Sequence record: MZ475893.1
Length of the DNA: 64,000 nucleotides
Reading direction: 5' to 3' (one strand)
A model generated the notes under the pieces. The model worked only from the letters and a program-made list of their open reading frames with translations. It did not search any database and had not been told where the DNA came from. Numbering within the stretch: the first letter of the stretch is position 1; each line of letters begins with the position of its first letter. Positions 54,280 to 63,740 of this stretch are shown here, one piece after another. Made by a program: the position numbers and the translations under genes.

Positions 54280-56246
54280 TCCAACTTATATTTACGTCGG
54301 AACTCTGCTAGACCCATGACAGGAATGCCTTTGTCCATGGCCTTCTGGAGTTTCGCAGAACCCGAGCCTGGGTCTTTGGCGATAAGAATGGTTGTATCTG
54401 CTTTCATGCTATCTGAGGCAGTACCACCAAGCTCAACGATACGCTGCATCAGTTCACGATCACGAATGCCCGTGAATGCAACGTTAACGCCTTTCAGCTT
54501 AGAACTCGTCACCTGAACGCGTTTCGGTGCCACCAGCTTGACACCGATTTCATTCGCAAGCTGATACGCAGAGACACACGCAAGAGCAATGTCAGGTGAT
54601 TTCGTTTTGATGCCGTGAATGTCCGAGATAGCTTTAGCGAGCGCCAGAGGATTCTGTTTACGCACTAGCTTGTCAAGGTCAGGCACGCTATCGACCACTT
54701 TATCAAACGTAGTGTTAGCGCCGCGCATGAAGTAAGGCGAGCACGCTTTAAGCCACGTATTGACAGCAACGCCTGAGCGTAATGCTTTGAGGTCTTTCGC
54801 AAGCTGAGCGCCACGCGAGTCACCAACCACTTCACGCAGCACACCGATAGACGCAGCGAACAAACGGGCAGGTGTATCAATGCCGGACTCTACGAGCAGC
54901 TTCGACGTACTTGGTCCTGTGTTAGCAACGTCCAATCCTTTGAGGAATGAACTGAGCAGTCGAGTAGTGCCTACCTCAGTCTTGGTATTGATAACAAACT
55001 CAACGCCATTGACTTTGTAAGGCACGTCAGGCAGCTTTGGCTTCTTCGCAGGCTTGAGAATCTCCATGATGTATGGGATTACCTTACCACTACGAATCAG
55101 CTTAACGGTTGCACCCGGGCCAAGAGGTTTCTTAGCGTGAGGTGCAGTCGCTTTGCCTTTAGGCTTGAGGTAGCCGTGCTCAACATAGAATCCATTGTGG
55201 CCATTAGCACGCTGCACAGTGACGCCACCAGTCATCAACGTTGGTGGGAAGATGATAACAGGCTGCAAGATACCGTACTTGGTTTCTTGGTAGATAACAT
55301 CCTCTACCTTAACGATCACTGTGTCAGCTTCTGCATTCATTTTGAACTTGAATGCGTGCTTTGGATTAGATGCAGTCGCTTTAGGGCTGGGTACATCTTC
55401 CGTGAGTACAACACCATCCAGCTCGTAGATAGCTTTAGACAGACGGCGCTCCAAGAACGCGATCAACTCATCTTCTGAATTGAAGCGCTTTGGTGGCGTA
55501 TGCCTAACGACTTCGAATCCCCAGCGCTCTAGCAGGGCGAACTGCTTAGACTGTTTGAGCGTAGCACCGTCACCGCCGATGATAGAGAAGCACACCATGC
55601 GGACGTACTTGAACTCGGACGCTGTTTCGAAGTTACGCACAAGTCCAGACGCAGCATTACGAGCGGCCTTGAAGCGACCACCAGCAGACTCATGCATCTT
55701 GGCCATGAATGTCTTTTGAGGAATGAGTGCCTCGAAGCGCAACACCGTCTGACCTCTGACTGGAATCTTTTTAGGGATTTTCATCGCAGGGATATGATGG
55801 GATACGTCTTTACCGTGAGTAGCATCACCACGGGTATAAGCCTTTACAGGCACACCGTCTTGATACACAATCTCAAGGCTCAAGCCATCGAGCTTGTCCG
55901 TTGCAACGTAGTCCACATCTTTCGACAGTGCTTTGGCAATCTGCTTCGAGCCAGCCTGAAACTGATTGAGACTTGCCATAGGCACAGGCAGCTTAACATC
56001 AGCATCATCACGCTGGCCAATCTTACGAGCCAGCTTAGACTTGGGCCATTTAGCGTCGATGTAGTTACGGATTGAATCGTACACTGCATCGCTCACTAGA
56101 CCTTCATCATCCGTATGATATGCGTTGTCCAGAGCGGTTATTAAGTTACGCACTTGCGTCTGGTTCAAGGTGTCCAAGACCTTTTGAGGGTTCTTGGACA
56201 GTTGCTTGAGACTAACAGAGGCAGAAATAGAAAGCCTTACTTTCAT
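54276..56246 (-). CDS. ligA: NAD+-dependent DNA ligase (Ia, adenylation, OB, HhH and BRCT; no zinc finger)
   Basis: YH...VSDAVYD (domain Ia), DKLDGLS (KxDG), YTRGD, RNAASG, LDGVV, IRSGKVIPYI, VAFTG BRCT. Confidence 0.92.
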   Translation of the reverse strand: MKVRLSISASVSLKQLSKNPQKVLDTLNQTQVRNLITALDNAYHTDDEGLVSDAVYDSIRNYIDAKWPKSKLARKIGQRDDADVKLPVPMASLNQFQAGSKQIAKALSKDVDYVATDKLDGLSLEIVYQDGVPVKAYTRGDATHGKDVSHHIPAMKIPKKIPVRGQTVLRFEALIPQKTFMAKMHESAGGRFKAARNAASGLVRNFETASEFKYVRMVCFSIIGGDGATLKQSKQFALLERWGFEVVRHTPPKRFNSEDELIAFLERRLSKAIYELDGVVLTEDVPSPKATASNPKHAFKFKMNAEADTVIVKVEDVIYQETKYGILQPVIIFPPTLMTGGVTVQRANGHNGFYVEHGYLKPKGKATAPHAKKPLGPGATVKLIRSGKVIPYIMEILKPAKKPKLPDVPYKVNGVEFVINTKTEVGTTRLLSSFLKGLDVANTGPSTSKLLVESGIDTPARLFAASIGVLREVVGDSRGAQLAKDLKALRSGVAVNTWLKACSPYFMRGANTTFDKVVDSVPDLDKLVRKQNPLALAKAISDIHGIKTKSPDIALACVSAYQLANEIGVKLVAPKRVQVTSSKLKGVNVAFTGIRDRELMQRIVELGGTASDSMKADTTILIAKDPGSGSAKLQKAMDKGIPVMGLAEFRRKYKLE

Positions 56247-56285
56247 GCTTTTCTCCGATCGACATTAACACTCTTGTTTACAGTG

Positions 56286-58232
56286 TTATGATGCGATAGG
56301 GTCCTTGTTGACCTCGTAATCTTCCGCCATGTCGTACACGCGATTGAACAGCTTAGGCGCCATATCTTTCACATGCTCGGCATAGTCGAACAGGTTCTGC
56401 TTACGCGCACGATTGACACGCACCTGACGTACTTCGTCTGGGCTATTCGTAATGTCGTACAGCGTATACACAACGATGTTATCAGAGGAGTTATGGGTGC
56501 TTACCTTGAGGACTACCCAATCGCGTTGCAGCTTAGCATCAGCCTTGAATCGGAGGACGTCGCCCTCTTCGGCTTCATCTGCACGCGCATCAGGAGTAGA
56601 CTTGTTAGTTGCGGCAATCTTCTTCGCAGTCTCGGCAGCTTCTTTCTCTGCCTCAGCCACATCAGAATCTTGGTCTTCATCCGCTTCTGTTTCGTCTACG
56701 GCGTCAGAGGTATCGTCATCGGAGTCGTCGGCTTCTTCGTCGTCATCTCCAGACGTATCTTCCTCGTCATCTCCTCCGTCGTCGGCATCATCAGATTCCA
56801 CATCGGAGTCGTCATCTGAATCGTCGGAGCTATCATCCCCATCCTCATCATCAGACTCTGAATCGCTATCGTCAGCATCTTCTTCTGCATCTGGATCGTC
56901 CTCTTCCGTTTCGTCGTCTGGGTCAACGTCACCGCCTTCAGGGTCATCCTCTTCCAGCTCGGAGTCATCGTCGAGATTATCCTCTTCGGAGTCGTCAGGC
57001 TCATCGTCCTTGGTTGAGTTCTTGGCAGAGCCGCCTTTCTTGCGAACTTTAGACTTAGGAGCAGCTTCCTCTTCGTCATCATCTGGCTCATCAATATCAG
57101 ACAGGTCAAGCTCTGAATCGACTTCATTGTCCGCGCTGTCGTCTCCACCAAACAAGGAGCTAACGGTGTCCTCAAGACTGAATACATCACCTGCAAACGG
57201 GCTACGTTGCAGAATGTCTTCAAGGCGTTGCTCGTCGAGGTCCTGCTCAAGATCCAGATGTTCTTCGATAGCATCATCGAGGTTTTCATGCTCAATGACT
57301 TTAGGCAGACGACGACGATCATTCAGGCCAGGGTCATCAGAGTAGATGGTACGCTGTGGTCCTGTAGGCGCTTCAATCTCACCGTCACGCACTTTGCGTC
57401 TGAGGTCACGCATCTCTGCGCTACGCTCACGCGCTTTCTTACGTGCTTCCTGTGCGAGTTCCTTGCGCTGTTGTTTACGCTCAAGGGAAGATGCCTCACG
57501 CCCTAAACGTTCAGCTTCCTCAAGTTCACGGCCTTCGCGATGGCGAGCGCGACGAACCATACGACGATACTGTTTGATAGTATCAACATCAACACTACCA
57601 ACAGGCCAGTCATTAAGAGGCAGAATGTTTGTGTCATGCACAATCAGATCGTACTGAGCATCATCAACTTTCAGGAACAGGCCTTCTGTGTTGATAACGA
57701 TGCCGCCTTTACCTTGACGCAAGAAACGCACGCCAATCATATCGTTGCGGTACATCTTATAAATACCCTTGGTAGTCTTCACAGGATATTCATTGCCAGG
57801 CACCATGCGCCATTGATAGTTGGCAAAGTCAACGCCATACACAGCTTCTGACTTAACCGATTTTGGCATAAAGCGAGGAGCATCAAACAGGGTGCGATTG
57901 ATCTTACGCTCAAGGCTCTTAGCGCCAGCAACGCGTGCAGTAGTACCAGCCTCACGTTTAACCACAGCTGGTGGCTTACGCAACTTAGAGCTACGTTCAA
58001 TGAGGAACAGACCTGTCGTTTTGTCGAGAGGGAAATCGACGTGCGGCATGTCTGGGAAAATCAGTGTATAACGACCACCATTCCTGAGTGGCAGAATACC
58101 AAAAGTGTCGCCATTACGAATCATACGTTTGTGTGATCGCTGCGTCACCTCTCGTCCACGTGAACCAGTAAACTGCATCCACGCGTACTTCGATACGGCA
58201 TCTTCATATGATGCGGATTCGGAGAGTACCAT
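56286..58232 (-). CDS. Acidic probable internal head protein (two paralog-domain copies, coiled coil, D/E tract)
   Basis: N-terminal VLSESAS; two copies of the shared domain; ~170-aa D/E-rich tract. Confidence 0.75.
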   Translation of the reverse strand: MVLSESASYEDAVSKYAWMQFTGSRGREVTQRSHKRMIRNGDTFGILPLRNGGRYTLIFPDMPHVDFPLDKTTGLFLIERSSKLRKPPAVVKREAGTTARVAGAKSLERKINRTLFDAPRFMPKSVKSEAVYGVDFANYQWRMVPGNEYPVKTTKGIYKMYRNDMIGVRFLRQGKGGIVINTEGLFLKVDDAQYDLIVHDTNILPLNDWPVGSVDVDTIKQYRRMVRRARHREGRELEEAERLGREASSLERKQQRKELAQEARKKARERSAEMRDLRRKVRDGEIEAPTGPQRTIYSDDPGLNDRRRLPKVIEHENLDDAIEEHLDLEQDLDEQRLEDILQRSPFAGDVFSLEDTVSSLFGGDDSADNEVDSELDLSDIDEPDDDEEEAAPKSKVRKKGGSAKNSTKDDEPDDSEEDNLDDDSELEEDDPEGGDVDPDDETEEDDPDAEEDADDSDSESDDEDGDDSSDDSDDDSDVESDDADDGGDDEEDTSGDDDEEADDSDDDTSDAVDETEADEDQDSDVAEAEKEAAETAKKIAATNKSTPDARADEAEEGDVLRFKADAKLQRDWVVLKVSTHNSSDNIVVYTLYDITNSPDEVRQVRVNRARKQNLFDYAEHVKDMAPKLFNRVYDMAEDYEVNKDPIAS

Positions 58233-58265
58233 GTTATTGTCTCTTTGTTATACGAACGCTCATTG

Positions 58266-58273
58266 AAATTAGC
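58266..58273 (-). promoter_or_regulatory. Candidate late promoter motif GCTAATTT
   Basis: Between a hairpin and the 58232 start (34 nt upstream). Confidence 0.55.
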
Positions 58274-58283
58274 TTTTTGAGGG

Positions 58284-58305
58284 AAAGCGGGGATTATCCC
58301 CCGCT
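58284..58305 (-). terminator. Hairpin at the stop of the 1397-aa gene
   Basis: AGCGGGGA-TTA-TCCCCCGCT stem with one bulge; short U tract. Confidence 0.45.
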
Positions 58306-61300
58306 CATATAACCTCGTGCGGAACAAGACATAGAACCACATGCAGAATCACATACGGTTACCTGTGCCCACGTCCATGCACCATTAGGCTGCTCGATAG
58401 CGTACACAGCAGACGCATCGAATCCCCAAACCTGAGTAGCATTTTGCAGCGCCTCCAGCTCGGTGGCGAAGTAACCCTCTTTGAGAGGTTCATCTCGCGT
58501 GCCGTGATTAGGAGTTGCAGTCCACGTTTCAAACACAGGACCTTTGACACGCACAGCACTGTTGGACGTAGCTTTACGCGCAGTAGGCACTTTAGCACGA
58601 ACAACAGGACGAGCGGTAGTCTTAGGCGCACTTACCTTAGCACGAACAGCATTAGCACTCACGACCTTGATAGGCGGTGCTGCTTCTGGATGCCCGATAG
58701 CCGCAGTAGGAACGTGTTTGATTCCCTCGTTTGAAGCCAGATACGCAGGCGCGGTAGCTTTGAACGCAATGCTATGCGGAACTACTGAATCAGCCACCAG
58801 CTTCAATTGATAGAACTGAGGACGTGATGGGTCAATAAGATATTTCTGCGGAGCTTTCTGCCAATCAGACGCAGCAGGGCCTACGTGGTAGTAGACAGGG
58901 TTCGTGTGGAAACGAACGAACGGTATCTCAGGCATAAAGATTACTGCCGGATGATATACCGGATCCACATACTTACCTACGACAGCCTTGACCTGATACG
59001 TCACTACCGAAGGCAGCCACTGAGGACGTGCTGGGTCGATGTGATACGTTGTCGATGTGGCCACATACACAGGCAATGCAGTATCAGCAGCATACAGTCC
59101 AGGCTGTTTGACATACTGAGGTCGTGCACCTTCAACGACGACATAAGAGTGATCGACTTTGCGACCAGGCGCAGCAGGAACATGATGCAGGCCTGGCTCA
59201 GGACGATACTTACCTTCTGTCTTAGGTGCTACAGCCAGAGTCTGCTTAACGTAACGCGGCGCAGCAATCTCGAATGAATCCCATGCAGCTTCGAGGCTAA
59301 AGTGCGCATCGAACTCAGGAACAAACGCATCAGCTACTGCCTTACTGCCTTGCGTCATCTCAAACAGCGGGAACTCTGCAACAGAGTCCTTTTGTCCGAG
59401 TGTTGCTTCGAACAGCGGCATGTCCGTTACTGTGTGTTCTGTACCTTGAGTCAGTTCAAACAGCGGCAGGTCCGTTACTGCGTGCTCGATGCCCTGAGTC
59501 ATTTCAAACAGATCGAACTCAGTTACACCATTAGAGCCTACAACCGCTTCCGGTTTCATCAAAGGAGTTGTTTCGACAACATCCTTCTTACCTTCCACCA
59601 GCTCAAACAGAGGCATGTCCGTTGCTGCTTTCTCTGTGCCTTCCACAAGTTCGAACAGGTCGAAATCGGTAACAACAATATCCGAACGAGCAATAAGATC
59701 TGCCATGCGGAAGTTATCAACGAAGTCTTTTTGCCCTGTATCGAATGCAGGACCCGCAACAGTTTCCGCATCAAACTCAGGCGCTACGAAGTTACGAACA
59801 AGAGGCTCTGCGAGAACAACAGACGCGTCTTCGAACTCAAACAGGTCAATGTAGTTAGCACTGTCTGTTTTAGTCTCGTACTCAACCTCGATCGAGGTAA
59901 CGTTCTCCGTATGTGCTGCGACAAAGTGTTGGTCAACGAACTGCGCTGTTTGCTCTCCCCACTCATAGGTAGGGTCAACCGTCATGTCGTACAGCCAAGG
60001 CAGCGGAGCATTACCCAGCATCAACGTATGCGGTTGATCGTGCGACGGCAAGCCGTAGATTTTCAGCATCGTGTCTGCGCATTCGAATGGACCTACAACG
60101 AGTCCTTGATTCTTATACACACCACGTACGTCCAGCTCTTGGACAACACGATTGCCGTCAACATCAAGCAGCAGACCTGCAGGCACTGTGATATACGTCC
60201 AGAAGTTATCTGGGATGTTATCAAAGAAAATGTCACCGCTATCTGCCATGACGTAACGTTCGGCACGCTTCGTCTGTGGTACATCACCTAGCCACACCTT
60301 GTCGGCCCACACATACCATTCGTAGTTGTGCTGCTCTGTGCTGAACTTGACAGTGTACTGAATGTTCTCTGTAGGCGTGAACTCAATCTGAGCCGTACCA
60401 TTAGCAGGAACAGTTACTGTCTTACCGCCTGACACAAACTTAGCATCGGTGTCAGTGATTGTCAGAACAAGAGCACTGGTGCCTGTGTTGCGAATAACAT
60501 CAGAACGTACAGGCTTACCGATAGGTGCGTATGCCCAGTGACGTCCTACATCCAGCACAGGTTCGACTATGGTGTACACACCCAACGAGGAGCTTGTCTT
60601 GCCTACCTCAACGCTAATCTTTGTCGTGTTGTTTTGTTGCAGCACTTCGAAGCCAAGCGTCTGACCGTTACGAATAACAGCAGGCTGGGCAGTCTCTACG
60701 CCATCAACAAAGATCTTGACGCGCTCATCAGTTGCTTCTTCACCGTCCACCAGCACTGTGATAGGAACGGTAACGTTGATGCCGCTGATTGTCACGTCTT
60801 CGGTGCGTGTCCACGTATCGTTCTCAACACCGACGATGTTCTCCCACTTGAAAGCATTAGGAGTATCATCGATTTTGGTTTCGAACTGATAAACGGTGCG
60901 ACCAATCGCTACAGGGAAAGATGTTCCTGTGATGTAAGCATGAGACAGCGTTACAGTAACTTCATCACCGTTGAACACATGCGTTACAGGCTTACCGCCG
61001 ACAGTTGCAGACACAGACACGCCAGCAGGAGCTGAGATAGCGAGCGGCATGTCTGGGTCTTCTGCCTGAACGGTTAACGTGAAGCTAACAGTAGGACCTA
61101 GCTCAACATCAGCCAAGTTAGGCCAGACAGTGTTGTAGTTGCGATAGTCGATGTGTTTCAGGTTGTTCGTAGGACGTGCTGCGTAATAGAACAGGCGGTC
61201 ATACTGATCTGCATCTGTGTATGGCGCATTGAACAAAGACAGCACAGGCCAGCCGTTACGCGTAGGCGTAGCAACATCAGAGCCACGAAGCGAACTGACA

Positions 61301-62487
61301 AGAGCATCCGTACCATCAGTACACATACCCTTAGACATATAACCAGCATCAGTCCAAGCACCGTCAGACCAGTAGAACAGTCTGTCACCATTATTGCTGT
61401 TACGGCTGCCGGTACCTGCAAACGACCAACGTATTTCTAATGCACGGGCACTGTCCGGGAATGACTCCGAGCGTGCAACATCATAACCAACAACAGCAGT
61501 CGAACCAGTAGGAAACTGGAACCACAAGACGTCGGCGGGCGGTACATAGCTACCGTTATCAGACACGAACCCGATAAGCTCACCAGATGCAGTGGCGAGC
61601 ATGTCTGTACCATCAGAGGCGTTGACGTAGAACTTATCCGTCAATACCTTAGTCTGATTGAAAGACGCGTCGAGGTAATGTGCAGCACCGTCGCGGTCAA
61701 ACACCACATAGCTGTCCGCAGTACCGTTAAGCGCGAAGTTAGCGCGACGATACACAACACGGTTGACCTTATACCCGAGTTCGATAGGGTCTGCCGTAGA
61801 CGTCAGGGCTTCATCGAGAATATCGATATGACCATCACGGTGGATCAGCACCAGACCTGTACGCTTACCAGTAGAGTCAAACGTCACATGATAGTGTGCG
61901 AGGTCAACGTCAGTCAGTGCGCTAAAGATCTTCGTGTTAGCCACAGCACCGTTGGTATACAAACAGTACAGAGTTTTGGCTTGGCGATCATACACGAACG
62001 ACACACGCTTGGTAAGGTCAAACGGTGCGTATGCGAGGTCACTGATTTTAACTACAGGCGATTGCTGCAATTCAGCCTGAGTAGGATTGCGTACACCACC
62101 ACCAATAACAAGACCGTTGTACGTCGGATTTAGGGACGCACCAAGCGGCATTGCATCAACGCCTTGCGTGAAGAAGCGATAGTCCAGCGTCTTCTTGCGA
62201 GGTACGGTGAAGATACGAGAAGCTGAATGAACCAGCATCCAGTTGTCACCGTCTTTGTAATAGACGACTACAGGCTGGGTTGTTGTCTCATCAACAGTGA
62301 TAGTTGCCTTGAGCGATACTGCATACACAGAACCAGTAGGCGTAATGTCCATCTGAGATGTGTTGTCGCTAAACGTACCACCAGCAACACGAAACGTCAG
62401 GACGTCGGTATGACCAGAAATCGTTACGCTATCTGACCACGTAACTGGACCGCTGGCCTGCTCGACTACAGGAATCAATTCAGCCAT
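58294..62487 (-). CDS. Very large virion structural protein with Ig-like and low-complexity repeats
   Basis: 1397 aa, GAGGA RBS; DDTPNAFKW...TEDVTISGIN Ig-type unit; 16-aa repeats; Pro/Tyr/Val-rich tail. Confidence 0.8.
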   Translation of the reverse strand: MAELIPVVEQASGPVTWSDSVTISGHTDVLTFRVAGGTFSDNTSQMDITPTGSVYAVSLKATITVDETTTQPVVVYYKDGDNWMLVHSASRIFTVPRKKTLDYRFFTQGVDAMPLGASLNPTYNGLVIGGGVRNPTQAELQQSPVVKISDLAYAPFDLTKRVSFVYDRQAKTLYCLYTNGAVANTKIFSALTDVDLAHYHVTFDSTGKRTGLVLIHRDGHIDILDEALTSTADPIELGYKVNRVVYRRANFALNGTADSYVVFDRDGAAHYLDASFNQTKVLTDKFYVNASDGTDMLATASGELIGFVSDNGSYVPPADVLWFQFPTGSTAVVGYDVARSESFPDSARALEIRWSFAGTGSRNSNNGDRLFYWSDGAWTDAGYMSKGMCTDGTDALVSSLRGSDVATPTRNGWPVLSLFNAPYTDADQYDRLFYYAARPTNNLKHIDYRNYNTVWPNLADVELGPTVSFTLTVQAEDPDMPLAISAPAGVSVSATVGGKPVTHVFNGDEVTVTLSHAYITGTSFPVAIGRTVYQFETKIDDTPNAFKWENIVGVENDTWTRTEDVTISGINVTVPITVLVDGEEATDERVKIFVDGVETAQPAVIRNGQTLGFEVLQQNNTTKISVEVGKTSSSLGVYTIVEPVLDVGRHWAYAPIGKPVRSDVIRNTGTSALVLTITDTDAKFVSGGKTVTVPANGTAQIEFTPTENIQYTVKFSTEQHNYEWYVWADKVWLGDVPQTKRAERYVMADSGDIFFDNIPDNFWTYITVPAGLLLDVDGNRVVQELDVRGVYKNQGLVVGPFECADTMLKIYGLPSHDQPHTLMLGNAPLPWLYDMTVDPTYEWGEQTAQFVDQHFVAAHTENVTSIEVEYETKTDSANYIDLFEFEDASVVLAEPLVRNFVAPEFDAETVAGPAFDTGQKDFVDNFRMADLIARSDIVVTDFDLFELVEGTEKAATDMPLFELVEGKKDVVETTPLMKPEAVVGSNGVTEFDLFEMTQGIEHAVTDLPLFELTQGTEHTVTDMPLFEATLGQKDSVAEFPLFEMTQGSKAVADAFVPEFDAHFSLEAAWDSFEIAAPRYVKQTLAVAPKTEGKYRPEPGLHHVPAAPGRKVDHSYVVVEGARPQYVKQPGLYAADTALPVYVATSTTYHIDPARPQWLPSVVTYQVKAVVGKYVDPVYHPAVIFMPEIPFVRFHTNPVYYHVGPAASDWQKAPQKYLIDPSRPQFYQLKLVADSVVPHSIAFKATAPAYLASNEGIKHVPTAAIGHPEAAPPIKVVSANAVRAKVSAPKTTARPVVRAKVPTARKATSNSAVRVKGPVFETWTATPNHGTRDEPLKEGYFATELEALQNATQVWGFDASAVYAIEQPNGAWTWAQVTVCDSACGSMSCSARGYMSGG
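59340..59673 (-). repeat. Tandem ~48-bp / 16-aa coding repeat (consensus TD.PLFE..QG.E..V), about 6 copies plus one spacer
   Basis: TDFDLFELVEG, TDMPLFELVEG, TEFDLFEMTQG, TDLPLFELTQG, TDMPLFEATLG, AEFPLFEMTQG. Confidence 0.8.
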
Positions 62488-62512
62488 TGCTTTTCCTCAC
62501 GATGTAGAAACT

Positions 62513-62536
62513 AAAAAGGGCGGCCGAAGCCACCCT
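62513..62536 (-). terminator. Intrinsic terminator
   Basis: Minus strand AGGGTGGC-TTCG-GCCGCCC-TTTTT. Confidence 0.85.
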
Positions 62537-62549
62537 GTGAGGAATAGGC

Positions 62550-63722
62550 TTAGGCGCCTGAAGTTGGAGCTGGGTCTGCCGCTTTGTAGCCACGCAGGAA
62601 GAAGACACGCATACCGGTGTTGTTCGGACTGTTAGCAGTCAGAGCTTTATAGGTACGCTTCTTCGGCGTAGTGCCATCGCTTTCCATCTCGTTGTACACC
62701 TGCACGTCGAGGTCGGTACCGTTCGATACAACGTCAGCAGACGCGTAACCAACAATGTCCATCTCATACGGGTAGCTGTAGCGCTGCGTGTTGAAGCCTG
62801 CAGGCAGACGGAAGTCGAAGTGGTTATCCTCAGAGAATGGAACCATCTGATATGGGTTGATAACCGCAGAACAGTCAGCACTGTGCAGATGCGCAGGAGC
62901 TGGAGCAGTCGGCGCATTCACGTCAGACTCACGCACGGTAAAGCGCATGAGCTGGTACGAACCTGGGCTGTACGTTATAGGACGCACTTCGGTGTTGTTA
63001 TCCGCAGCGCCGCCACCGTTAACGGTGAACATACAGAACAGAGGAGCTTTACCATCGACAACCACAGTACCATCGCTGTTGATAGCACGCTGAACAACGA
63101 ACCATGCAGCACGGCAGCCATCAGAGTCATGGCCTTCTGCCTGAATGTGAACAGCGAAGCCGTGCTCAGTCAGAGAGATGTGGTAAGTGAACGGCGTAGC
63201 TTCTGGGTCAGCGAAGATCAGACTGTCTGGGTTAGTCTGAGTTGGCGTGGTAACGTTCTGTGGGAACGCCATAGTGCCGCTGTAGTACACGCTGTTTTGG
63301 TTAGCACCAGCAATACCACGATGCCAGAAGCATACTTCGGTATCACCAGTTGCGCCCTGAGTACCAGTGAAGCGAGCACCAATCTGACCTGAATACTCAG
63401 GCATAGAGTTGGAGGTGGTACCAGTAGTGCCCGTCTTAGACACAGTACCCGTGTCAGAGATCTGAGTAGGCGAAGCAACATAAAGCTGCGTGCGCTTATC
63501 AGTTCCCTTCATGGCCACACGCCATTTCTGCGTAGCAGCCAGCGGGTCAATGGTATCAGTCGCTTCAATTACGAAGGATGACAGGTCGGTAGAAGGCACA
63601 GTGGTTGCTGCCGTACCGTTGAAGCTGATCAGCTTAAAGCCATTAGCCAACAAATCATTCAGAATGTCTTTCCACATCTTCAGGTTGTTGGTGTAGCCTG
63701 ATTTAACAATCAGTTTGTTCAT
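62550..63722 (-). CDS. Abundant structural protein (paralog of the upstream gene)
   Basis: Strong codon bias; NTQRY.Y..MD..GY.SADV..G...N...N.GMR shared with 63741..64000. Confidence 0.75.
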   Translation of the reverse strand: MNKLIVKSGYTNNLKMWKDILNDLLANGFKLISFNGTAATTVPSTDLSSFVIEATDTIDPLAATQKWRVAMKGTDKRTQLYVASPTQISDTGTVSKTGTTGTTSNSMPEYSGQIGARFTGTQGATGDTEVCFWHRGIAGANQNSVYYSGTMAFPQNVTTPTQTNPDSLIFADPEATPFTYHISLTEHGFAVHIQAEGHDSDGCRAAWFVVQRAINSDGTVVVDGKAPLFCMFTVNGGGAADNNTEVRPITYSPGSYQLMRFTVRESDVNAPTAPAPAHLHSADCSAVINPYQMVPFSEDNHFDFRLPAGFNTQRYSYPYEMDIVGYASADVVSNGTDLDVQVYNEMESDGTTPKKRTYKALTANSPNNTGMRVFFLRGYKAADPAPTSGA

Positions 63723-63740
63723 GTTTCAAATCCCCTAAGA

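Noticed and set aside
59340-59673. Regularly spaced repeats resembling a CRISPR array
   Set aside because: In-frame degenerate coding repeats with no unique spacers and no cas genes.
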